Below are positions 12,502 through 24,500 of a stretch of 64,000 nucleotides of DNA, piece after piece (position 1 is the stretch's first letter; every line of letters begins with the position of its first letter). Under the pieces are notes generated by a model. That model had not been told where the DNA came from. It was given only the letters and a program-made list of their open reading frames with translations, and searched no databases. The DNA lies in the NCBI GenBank assembly GCA_026023565.1, contig JAPETS010000030.1:124001-188000 (forward strand), in the 5' to 3' direction. The position numbers were made by a program, and so were the translations under genes. The DNA comes from Cirrosporium novae-zelandiae. Lineage: Eukaryota.

Positions 12502-13867
12502 GATTTGTTATATCAGACAAATCGACGGAGCCACAGGAAGTATGAAAACCGGGTTTAAAGCATACACAGCGAATTAGATAAGATCTTGGCGATGCACACA
12601 GTGTTAATGAAATGTTTCAGGGAAGAAGTATGTGGATAGAAGGAGTATGAAGAGCGAGCGTGGGCCGCCGCAAGCCAGCAGTGGGAGGAAGTAAAGACGA
12701 GTGGGAGGAGGGCCAAGAAGGGTGATGGTGGTGGTGGTGATGCTGGGTTAGCCCCTCCCCGGGAAGATGACAATAATCTTTAGTTGGTGGAGTTTTGAGG
12801 CTTGGACACTTGCAGTGACGGAGGTAACGGCAAATCCGTAGCCGATTACTCTTGGGGCCTTGTTCTGGAATTAGGGAATTATTTGATGGGAAAATACTCA
12901 AGGATGGAATCTCCCAGTTTGCGTAATCCTATTGGACAAGAAGAACCTCTCTCTATCACTCTCTTTCCTTGAATATGATGTGATTCGAATGGAAAAAGCC
13001 GTCATAGGTAGTCTCCAAAAGGGAAAAGGGAAAAGGGAAAAGGGAAATAAAAAAAGAATAAAAAAAAAGGATGCGATCGATACGGTTGGAGTACAGTAAG
13101 AGTCTATGATAACTATTATCGGCATATTCGGTCCTTGCGGCATCTGAGAGTCTGATTTTATGACTGAAGTGGACCTATTCCAGTTAGTCTTGTTGACCGG
13201 AAGCATCCTTTGTTTGAAATTCTTCGGCTCCCAAGTCCAAAAACAGCTTTCTTGAGTTGGTGCTAAAAGCTTTGACATCAAAAGAGACATTTTGCTCATC
13301 CTCTTATCCTCTCATCTTCTTTCCTCAACCCTATTACTAAATGTAACAAAACACTTCCCCCCCCCCCTTGAATTCCAAGTATCCTTTGCTTCACAGAATT
13401 AAAAGACTCAAGATTACTTGATTCTCTACTGCAGAGTGGATCTAATTGTCAGCAGTCAATCAATTGTCTTCTCTCGTATCTCCAAGAGAAAGTTGGGGAA
13501 ATGGATGAACCATTGAGAGGACGAAACTTTGCTATCAATGGGTATTTGACGCACCATGGTGGAGCTATCCAAGGATCATGTTCGCGGTAATTTATGATAA
13601 CTCGCAATTTTCGCGAATGGCAGACAACCATGACAACCCTCAATCCTGTCAAGTTCTAGCAAAAGTCAACTGTGGATGCCTATGGACGATAATAGTCCGG
13701 AGTTGGCATGCCGTCATTGTTACAGGTTTACCTAGGTAGTTAGTTATAAGAAATAGTAGAAGATTTATTATTCAGAATTCTAGACTATGAATCCAGAATA
13801 CTACAGCAACTTTAATGGAATCTCTCATTATTACCAGGTATCTAGACTACCAGCGGAGTTAACTCAT

Positions 13868-13948
13868 GCACAAGCACAAGCACAAGGACCAGCACAAGGA
13901 CCAGCACAAGGGCCAGCACAAGTACACGCAAAGTACAAGCACAAGGCA
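13868..13948. repeat. GCACAA-based tandem repeat (6- and 12-bp units)
   Basis: gcacaagcacaagcacaaggaccagcacaaggaccagcacaagggccagcacaag; the same hexamer occurs reverse-complemented at ~39826-39862. Confidence 0.85.
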
Positions 13949-15044
13949 AATAATGCTTGTCTATGCTTGCCTATGCTTGTTCATCTATCGAAATGTCAGA
14001 TATTCCCTGAATGGTTGGTGGGACTGGACTTGGTTTCACATGCAAGCCAAAGTACTGGAAGGCCACCAAGGGTTTTCTATGGTTTCTATGGTTTCTTTGG
14101 TTCGGCGTTCCACCCATGTCCATCTCTCCGGATTTCTAACTATCCCAAACTTCGTTGAAAATCCCTGAGCCGAACCGATATAGGGCTACAATTGACACCA
14201 CTGGCTACCGGCTCGGATACTTCAACCTGCAAATCCCTTCTAGCATCGTTCCACAGCTTCTCTGGTCAATCTGGACTTCGTGACGTGTCGCTTGAGCTTC
14301 ATCTAACGACATTATAACTTGTATATGACAAGTTTCTCCTTGGCACCCAAACCATCCTCTTCTGCTTGATTTGAAGCCTTCCTCATTTCAACTTTCCACA
14401 ACACCCTACCTCTCTTGGCCTCGTTGCATATCCATCCTAGTCTATCAATACTTGCTATCTGACTTATATTCCCAATTGCTTCACCAACCAATTGATTTGA
14501 ACTTATCCAACTTTTTACTTGATAGTATGTGGGGGTCACAGCTATAGCATAACCTATATTTATAGTCCGAATGTAATATTGTTGTTGCAATATATGTGGT
14601 ACAATAAAGTCAAATGATACTGGGGAATTTTGGGACACCGAAACCAAGTTCATGGCATTTGATCACAACATGCCAAATATTGTAGTACTGCTTTAAAAAC
14701 GTGGATTTTCAAGATAATGTAGTTGTCCCCTTCGACCAATTGCCTTGTAGAAAGAAGTCAACTTAGGTACTACACTACAATGGTCCTATACAATCATTCA
14801 TCTCATCTTGGTATGTCATGACCGTTCTGGCTCACATCAACGCCCTCCTAGTATAAATATTTTACATATGGGATTACTTAGCGCAATCCACACCCAGCAT
14901 GCATCGATAAGGTTCATGAGGAAGACAACCAGGATTTCCGATTTTGCCCCAGCCCGATAGTTTTGTAACATGCTCCCTTAGGGACGATAGAGATAGATAT
15001 CCCAAAAGATTCTTACCAATGTCGAAAAACACAACATATAGCTC

Positions 15045-15569
15045 TTAAGGGACAACGTCGATGCCCATCGATTTTGCCTGCGCAATCACCGTCTTACACA
15101 ACCCTTCCAAACTCAAACCAGATAATCTCGTTTCAGATTGTTTAATTTTTGCAATCTCATAGACATGTTTTAACGATATCTTCCCTACCACCTCATGGCC
15201 TGCCTTCTCTGCTCCTCGTACATGTCCTTTCTTCGGGCTGACATTGGCTGCATTGAGGAGAAGATACGCGGTTGTGGGGGTGCGCAATTCAAAGTGGAAG
15301 GATCGATCCGGGCGCACAGTAACTCGAGCAGGAATTGGTACCCCAGGATTGATATGCGCCGTTCGAGCATTAAACTCCTTTTTTCAAGCGTTAACAAGAT
15401 AGAATTAGGAAAGAGTTAAACAGTATAAAGGGTAACCAACTTTACAAAAATCCATACTCTTCACACCTTTACTTCCCAATGCCGGGCCAACGGGAGGACT
15501 CGGACTTGCTTGACCAGCACCGACAATCAACTTCACAATCTGATCCTTTCCCAAAGCTTTTCTCGCCAT
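15045..15569 (-). CDS. MRPL19: Mitochondrial 54S ribosomal protein uL11m (yeast Mrpl19) (~153 aa)
   Basis: Exons 15569-15441 and 15377-15045. [57 protein letters not shown]. Confidence 0.95.
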
Positions 15570-16023
15570 CTTGAGGATTATATGGATTTTTTTCTTCCCA
15601 ACGTTTGGTTGAGTGGTTCAAGAATTGACTAAGGTACCTAACCGCATAGTTTCAGTCTGTGGCTGCCAAGTGTGGCTCGAATTCCCTGTTTATTCCTTCC
15701 TTGATTGGTTAGTTCCCGTTGATAGTCTTCTCTGGGCTGCAGATGATCTCTCTCAATCGACCAGAGACAACAAGTAACATGACATTTCTGAAATCGAAGT
15801 TACAAATCCTCACAGAAGCTAATGCTTGGCATCTTTGTAGAAGTAATCGATTCATCAATATCGATATAATTTTCTTGACCTCTGGTTTTCTGATGGAATA
15901 TAAAATTCATCTTAGTGAAATTTGTCAGGGTCAGGTGGACACGGACTTTAGCTTCTACTTAAGCTTGTTCCTCGACCCCTAACAAGAGGATCACCACATC
16001 ATTCTCTCTACAGGTGACAAAAA

Positions 16024-17384
16024 ATGAATTGGGTCAGACAACAGTAGGTTTTCTGTCATTTTCGCCAACAATCTTGATGTTAATGATTCTTTTTAAGATT
16101 GGCCAACGTGGCCGGCACCCAGGAGCCCATTCATGGTGCTGATGCCCTCAAATCTGTCACTGAGCAAACCAAAACCACACCGTACACCGAACTTACAAAG
16201 GATCACTTGAAGTGGGCAACCTTGGAGGTTACAAGTGTTGAGACGCAGACTTTTTATGTTATTTGCGATAGTGGCCATGTTGTTATGGTCCAGGTCATCT
16301 ATAGTAATGTCGCGTGAGACCCATTTCCTCTTCAACTTTTACTCGGCGTCTGTAGTAATACTGATCTGGCTATTTGTTTAGTGGCGTCCAAGTCACCTGT
16401 CAATTCAACTGCAAGGTCACATACCCAGATCGCACAAAGCCTAACTTGTGGAGCTCGGATCCTTTGGAAGGTCATGGATTTGATGAAGATAAATTATCCT
16501 TCTACGCCGATATGGTTTCTATCGATTTGGATGACGATGCCAAATGCTATACAATCAAATCCGCCATCAACGAGGACAGCATCGTTGATGTGAATTTTAC
16601 CCGTTCCTCTCCAGGTTTTCAGGTTGGTAAGGATGGTACCACCATCTTTGGAACGGATCCAGAAAATCCTTGGGGGACCATGCGCCATGCATTTTGGCCA
16701 AGGTGCCGTGTTGAAGGTAGCATCCTCACAAGGGATGGAGAGGTCGACCTGAAAGGCACTGGTATCTTTATCTATGCCTTGCAGGGAATGAAACCTCATC
16801 ATGCAGGTCGGACACCTACAATCCTGTGATTTGCTGGCAGCTAATATTTTTGTAGCTGCACGATGGAATTTTGTCAACTACCAAAGCCCTACATACTCGG
16901 CCATCATGATGGAATACATTACCCCAGCATCCTATGGTGATACTGTCGTTAACGTCGGTGGTATCGTGAAAGATGGCGAGATCATCTATGCTGGTACCAC
17001 AAATTCCGTTGAGCATACTGCCTCCAAGCATGATGAGGAGAGCGGTTGGCCTGAACCCACAGCAGTGAAATGCCAGTGGAATGGAAAAACAAAGGATGGA
17101 AAGGAGCTTCATGCTGAGCTATCTGGGGAATTGGAAGATAGATCTGATCGAGTGGATGTGATGGTTGAAGTTCCAGGATGGGTGAAAAGCATTATAGTTG
17201 TGGCTGCAGGAACGAAGCCATATATCTACCAGGTAAATATCTATATTTCAGTTACTTACACCGTTCAGTCGCTTACATGTTGTAGTATTGTCCCCAAGCT
17301 ACGATGACGCTAGACCTTAAGATTGGTGATGACAAGAAAGAAGATCAAGGCACTCTTTATTATGAAGGCACCTTTATTTCATAG
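16024..17384 (+). CDS. SVF1: Survival factor 1 (Svf1 family) (~378 aa)
   Basis: Exons 16024-16043, 16098-16313, 16382-16806, 16856-17232, 17286-17384, phases consistent. [54 protein letters not shown], ends EGTFIS. Confidence 0.93.
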
Positions 17385-18341
17385 ATACCTAGGTAGTTAT
17401 CCATCTTGGATATCAGAGGGTTCCCTTGAGATATAATGATCTGAAGATTCAGCATAACGAACATTCGCTACAAGACTTTAATAACGAACATGGCTGGTAA
17501 TAATGATGGCATTACCCAAGCTTAGTTCTTCAATATTACATATATTCTTCTCCAAAACATTTTTACTAATTCTATTTTAGTTTGTAATGTAGTCCCTAGA
17601 GTTTTATTATCTTCTCAAGGCTTAGGATCCTGCTTGGTATCCTTTTGAATATACCATTTGACGTTTCGCTGGATATTCTTTTATAAATTTTGCTAAGCAC
17701 TTTCCTAAGTACAATATCCAGTTTGTTGGACATTGCTATATCATAGTAATGGTTAAAAAAATGCATTTCTAATGAGGTGAAGGAGGTTTATGTCGACCTC
17801 GGAAACCGCTTTTGACTAAAACCCAGCAGTTCAAATATTTCCAATTAACGCCAAAAAATTTATTTCAAGGTGATATCCTAATAACTAATACGGAATCAAT
17901 TACCTACCTAGGTAGGTACCTTGCAAGGAAAAAGGTAAAACGATAAAGATTGATTATTACTGCAAAAGGTTATTGTTTGAGAGTTTGGATTTTGGATATG
18001 CTACGAAGGAAGGTTCAAAGGGTATAGATAATCGAACCAAAGGCGGTAGGTAACAACGAGGAGGGGGTGGAATAATGGTATAAATAGGCCCCAGAGGGCG
18101 AACAAGTTCTGAATCAATCAAGTTTTGACCCAGAAAATTGTAACTATCGGACAACTATTGTTCGAACATTCACAACTTTCCTTCTCTCTTACCGGGTTAT
18201 TTTTTTTGTTCTTTCTTCAATCAACAACAAGTATCCTTCCTAATATCTCGCCTTATTTCTTTACCGGCAACGTTTTATCCTTCTCTTCCATTGACTGGCT
18301 GGGCGCGAAAGTGGTCTGGAACCACTTGTATAAAAAGAATC

Positions 18342-18950
18342 ATGTCTTCTGGGATCAAGTCTCCATCACCATGCTCAAAGAAGAACAAGCGTGTCTTGAG
18401 AGCTGTTCTATTCTCCGAGAATGACAAAAGCCGTTCGAGCGCTCCTGGATCTGAATATGTCCCCGAACGCCCATCGGCCGCCGAGTTCCTTACAAAGTGG
18501 GGATCTGAATCAGAGTTCGCCTTCTCGATATACGGTTCCAAGTATAAGCGTCAGTCGGCCACATTTCGGTAAGTATTCTACTTCGCTGCCTCTTTGAGAT
18601 TGTTGGGGCTTGTTTCATGTTTGCGGGTTGCTTTGGTTTCATGGTATATGCTCATTATGATGTCCTCCTCGAGAAAAGAATTTCGAGTGCTAATCAAGTA
18701 TGAACACTTTTAGCCGAGTTGATCGAAAGTCAATGAGCCGTTGTCGTAGCAAAGGAAAACATCTGGGCGTTAGCAAAAAGGGAATTGGTTCGTCAATCCC
18801 AGTACCACACCTTCTTTCTTCACCCTTCACTAATCTCTGTCATGCGTGTAGCTAAAGCATCCACATGGTAAGATTCATTTGAAAAAGATCCAACGCATCT
18901 ATTTCAAAAGAAGACTAAAGTGGGGTCAGCAAACTTGCATGCCGAGCTAG
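18342..18950 (+). CDS. Putative orphan multi-exon gene encoding a basic protein; 3' structure uncertain
   Basis: ATG 18342 follows a pyrimidine-rich leader. Intron 18569-18713 (GTAAGT...CTAAT...TAG) keeps the frame; a second intron ends at 18851 (CTAAT...TAG) with an ambiguous donor. No recognised domain. Confidence 0.4.
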
Positions 18951-20750
18951 CCTCAATGCCAAAAGACCAGATACAGGGGCTCTCGGGAATAACAAAGACA
19001 GGGAGAGCGAGAAAGTTAAGCAGCTACCACGACTCTCAACAGATTCTTTAAAGGCAGTAAGAGTACTTGGTATTCATTTCAAGGATAACGAAGAGCGGTA
19101 TCCTGCTTCGACACCTCCATCAAAGCTGCAGCAAGTTAACCCTTCCTATTATCTTTCTACCCGCAGTATCCTGATTTGATTTCACAGGAGAATGAACGAA
19201 TGAATAAATGAATTCGTATTCAGCCACGACCTAGAATCGATGTTTTTCACCATTATCTCTTATTGTTCAGGGTGCGCGTCCGATTAATGTTGGAAACGCG
19301 TCATCCATTCCATTCCTTACCAACAAAAACTTGTACAACCTTAACAATCGCTTGTCCCCTGGCGGAAGTATTTGAAGTATTCCTGGTCATCGATTCAGCG
19401 ACAGCAGTCATAATATTACTGTTCCTAGCTCTCCTTCCAGAAACTCATTTCCAAAAGCCCTCAAAAAAATAGGAACACGTAATCAAAGAGTGTGTGGCCT
19501 GCATGCTTGACTTTTGGATGGCAATTAATCTCCTGGATCAAGTTGTGGAAATATGACCTAGAACGTGTATTTTTTTTTGGATGTGAGGGGATGGATGATG
19601 GTATGAACGAACAAAAAAGGAACAATTGGATTAGTGTTGGATATGTGTTTTTAAAGTTTGATATCTATAATAATAGAAAGTGTTTTTTTCTTCTTAATTT
19701 TAAGAGTGAGTGACCTTGGGGAATGAATTAGTTATTGGAGATTGGGAACACACGTAAAAGAAAAGATGGTGATGATGCTGAGTTGCTGCTGGTGGTTGGG
19801 AAATGTTTTAATTTATAATCTACAAAAACGTCAACACCGAGCGAAACCTTGGCATAATTCTTTACTTCTCTACCGAATCGAATTATCGGACCACAGCGAC
19901 AATAGAGTAGTAGGAGGATGAATAATCTATAATAATTAATATGGTGAGAAGGCATATTATACTCTCTCTCTCTCACCTTTTTACTAAATTAGCCTAACAA
20001 ACCATTTTTACTACTACTTTATGAAGAAGTTCCTTATTATTATATATATATAGATTATTGATATAATCTAAATAGAACGGGGGAGGATCTGTAGCGCCAA
20101 GGAGATAAATGGAATGAGGTCCTTGGGGGATTAAAATAAATGTAGGAGCTGGGTTAATATTTGGATTATGGGGGGAGAGATGATGTTTTAGAGCATTTTA
20201 TAAGGGAAGAGAGGAGGTGGTTGGGTCCGGAAGACTGGCTGGGGAAGGGTGACTGGGTTTGTGGGAAAGATGACCGTTGAAGGCATGACATGATGGTACC
20301 GTCTTACATATAGCACTGGGAGGAACGTAATATTGGGCTATATTGTGTTGTATTGTGTAATTCTGGTTGTTTTGATCGAGAACCATTCCTGCCATAATCT
20401 CTGATGCTGGTTATTAACCCTCTTAACATCACTATCCAATGTGACCGACCATATAACCGTCCGGCATTTTTTATTATTGGCATTTACCATCCTGATAGAC
20501 GGTTGAGGCCTCCTAGACAATAATTCTTACCCCCCCACACACACCATTTGCATGAAAGCCCGTTTTTTGTATTCAAGTTGGCATTTTGCATTATTGGCAT
20601 TCGATATGTCTGGAGAGGCTCCAAGAAAAAAAAACCATACCATACAAAAGGATGGCCTTGAACTTTTTGGGGAACGACGTCATATTTTTCACCGAGTGAA
20701 TATTACCGCTTGGGGGATATATTGCAGGTTATATGCTAGATCAGGAACGG

Positions 20751-21212
20751 TTATGAGTCCTCCATTCTTATATCCCCCATATCGACGCCCTTGGCACCAG
20801 ATATCCAAAGGACGTTGTTACATCTGATATTGCAGCCAGGTCTTTGTTAGCCCTTCGCTCCATGTCAATAAAACTGGGATAATGAGGGATTTACCGTATG
20901 AGAACTTGGCCTAAGCTTCCTGTACTCTTTCCATCTACAAATTCTTCGGTGTTGGCAAGTTGGATATTCATATAGGAGTCGATGCTGATAAGACGTCCCT
21001 TATATTCGGTTTGCCCCCATTTCAGTCGGATGATCACATCGTCGTTGACTCTGGGAGGAAGCTGTTAGAAGAAGAATCGTAGCATGGTAGTGGGATTTTG
21101 GAGATGGACGAACAGGCCTTGCAGCATAGGGCGGGGATTTAGAGGTACAAACTATGAATTCGTTAATGACCACAATGTATAGGTTCAATGAGGAGAATTT
21201 ACTTACAGCCAT
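20751..21212 (-). CDS. SMX3: Small nuclear ribonucleoprotein SmF (90 aa), not shown by the ORF track
   Basis: Exons 21212-21207, 21151-21114, 21050-20895, 20823-20751 give [90 protein letters not shown], with Sm1 and Sm2 motifs. Confidence 0.96.
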
Positions 21213-21594
21213 AATGATTTATTTATTTTGCTCGAGTTGACGAGGTTGTCGCAAGGTCAAATTGAAGCTTTAAATGATAATAACCTAGTTCAGTTGGTGA
21301 GGGCCTTGTATGCAGGGGATTCGCAGGTTCGGTGCTGTGGAACATTGATCTTCCTCTCCTCCACTAAACTCTATTCCAGCGCGCGTTGCATATCTCACAG
21401 ATTTGGCAACTTGTGTCTGGTCTAACAGTTTTAAAAAACTACCTAAGATACCCTCATCCTCGATTACGCACCAAACTACGCGTGAAGGCATTTTCCCTTG
21501 GTGCCTTTTACAAATCCTAATACTTTATTACGTGGATGGGGTGCTCTTTACTTTTTCACCAAGATAAACCTTTAAGCTTCGTCCTCCTGTCAAC

Positions 21595-24500
21595 ATGGAG
21601 GTCCTCTCTCCAGGGGTTAATGGTAATGGGATGAACGGGGACTCAACAAGCCCCCTCCCAACGGCAGACCCTACCGTTATTGTTGATCACCTCGTACAGG
21701 TCCTTCAGGTTACACTTGGTGCCTTAAGACAAGACCTTGAATCTGCCGGCAGCTTACTCTCCAAGCCTAAATATAATGAGACTGTACATCGGTGCTCGCG
21801 GTTTGCCTCGGAGTCACAAGCTGCCCTCTATGTTCATAAGGATGTCGTAGCAGCAAGCCCACAAAACGGCACCACGCAGCAAGATGGTAAAATACTACAA
21901 CCTGAATCGCAACTTCATTAGCTGACCTTTTCAGGAATTCCTTCGGTTCAATATGTATATACGTTGTCGAGCGAGACGTCATCGTTCTCTTCAGCAACCA
22001 TCTCCTCAGTTTCCTTCGTCAAAACTAAGCCGCAACCCATAGATCCAAACATGCCGATAGCCGCTCAAGTTCAAGTCATGACACTTGCACCGGGATTGGA
22101 AACCTTTCTTTCTGTCGTCCATCTTGCCCTTGGCCCCGGGTTTGATGCCTATACCAAAGGTCAGAATATTGTGGCTCCCAGCACGAGGGGTAGGGGTGAT
22201 GGAGAAGCAAAAACTGGAGTTCCCGGCACAAAGAAGAAAATCGCAGAGCTGGAACTTATGTTGATGCATCTTCAACAGAATATTGAGATACCGGCTTTGG
22301 TCCTTCCTTTACATGAAGTTGTCACGATGGCGATGAATGAAGCAGAAGAACGGAATGTAAAACCATCAATTGATTTGGTACCGAGTTCGGTCTTGGAGAA
22401 CAGTTCGGTGTTGAACAGCATTCAGAATACCGTGAATAGCTGGATCAAGTCTATCCAAGCAATAACCAAATTGACACGGGACGTTTCTAGCGGGACTGCA
22501 AACCAGGAAAAAAACTTCTGGCTCTCTATGGAAAATTCTTTGGAAGATATTGAGGTCCAGTTGAGGAGTGAAGGTGTACAGTTGACAATGGACATTTTGC
22601 GCCATGCGAAACGTTATCAGGCTACTCTGAGCTTCAGTGCTGATACCGGACTGAAAGAGGCTACCGATAAGGTCCAAAAATACAACCAACTTATGAGAGA
22701 CTTCCCCCTCGATGATCTTCTTTCCGCCACCTCCTTACCAAAAGTCTCCGAGGCTTTGAACTCCATTTTCAGCCATCTCAACAAGAAACTTCGAATATGC
22801 CCTTATCCTATCAGAAGAGCATTGCCGCTGGTGGAAGCAATTTCCGGCGATCTCGATACGCGCATCCATGAAATGCTGAATGGACGTACCATTATGCATC
22901 TTGAATTTCGGGATTTTGAAGCTTTGATGGAAACGGCCAACGCTGTCTGGAGAACCTGGGATGATAATATCAAGGAATTTACGAACGTCGCTCGCGAAGT
23001 AACGAGGCGAAGGAATGAAAAATTCATCCCCATTAAAATCAACCCTCGTCATTTAAAGACCCAGGATCGGATGAACTATGTAAATACATTCCGTGTGAAC
23101 CATGAACAGCTCCAACGAACAATTGTAAATGTGCTAGGACCGAAAACATCTCTCGAATCGACATTGAATGGCGACGCCACCGATGGACCTGTTGTTGTTG
23201 AAGAGATTGGCGATGTTGATGCCGTTGAGGAAGTGTCGGAAGCCTACGCCGTCTTGAAGGATGTTGAAGTTCTGGATGTTTCTACCCAAGGGACCCAACT
23301 CTGGGTTCAAGCCGAGGTTACATACAACGAACGTACATCCCGAGTGGAAAATTCCATTATCGCTCGTCTGAGAGACCGATTGGCTACCGCAAAGACAGCC
23401 AATGAAATGTTCAGGGTTTTTTCGAAATTCAATGCCCTTTTCGTCCGCCCAAAGATTAGGGGAGCTATCGCCGAATATCAAACCCAGCTAATCGATAATG
23501 TCAAGCGTGACATTGCTGGATTGCATGAACGTTTCAAGCAGCAATATGGCCATTCGGAATCCCATGCAATGGCTCAACTTCGAGACCTGCCTCCTGTCTC
23601 CGGTGCTATCATCTGGGCTCGCCAAATTGAAAGGCAGCTGGACGGATACATGAAGAAGGTTGAAGATGTTCTTGGCGCGGAGTGGGCTTTGCATGCCGAA
23701 GGACTGAAATTGCAAGCAGAAAGTAACTTGTTCAGGAAGAAGCTGGATACCAGGCCTGTATTTGAGTCATGGCTTCATGATGTTAACCGACGAAAGTTCT
23801 CCATATCCGGTCGTCTATTTGGGATAGTACGAAACCGAGCAGCAGGCAATGCTTTGGAACTGGCAGTCAACTTTGATGCCCATGTCATCTCCCTTTTTAA
23901 AGAAGTCAGAAATTTGACATGGCTCAGTTATCAGATTCCCCATGCGATCAGTAACATCTCCAAGGAAGCCAAAAGGGTTTATCCATTTGCTATTGGTCTG
24001 ATGGAGAGTGTGCGTAGTTTCAGTCAAACAAGCCGTACCATCTCTGAGATGAACACCGTTTCTATATTGCTCGCTGGATATCAGAATGATGTCCAAGGAC
24101 AAATTCTTACGGGATTGCCCCTGAAATGGGAATCGTTTGTCCATTCATATGAAATCCAAGTTAAGCCCGTTGCCATTGGAAAGGGAATGCACGGCCGGAC
24201 CTTATCGACCGGTCGGAGTGAAAGCAAGCACGTTCAATTTGTTCATAATTTTGCCGATTCTGTTGCTGTTCTCCAGATGAAGACATCAACTCTCGCAGCA
24301 ATCAACGAGACGATTCAAAAATCCATCTCGGAGCTGAAAACTTGTCCATACGATGTGATCACATTCCGGAGTCGACTTGAAGCAATTCAAACGGCCATAG
24401 ATCAACTCAATCTAGAGAATTATGTTAACCTGCCATTTTTCGTGGACCAAACCAATAATAGTATCGAAGCAATTCTTCTTGAGCGTCTAGAGCAGGCAAT

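Noticed and set aside
13868..13948. CRISPR-like repeat array
   Set aside because: Short tandem units without unique spacers, in a eukaryotic context.
14312..14653. 113-aa minus-strand ORF
   Set aside because: No recognisable domain or splice context; AT-rich intergenic composition.
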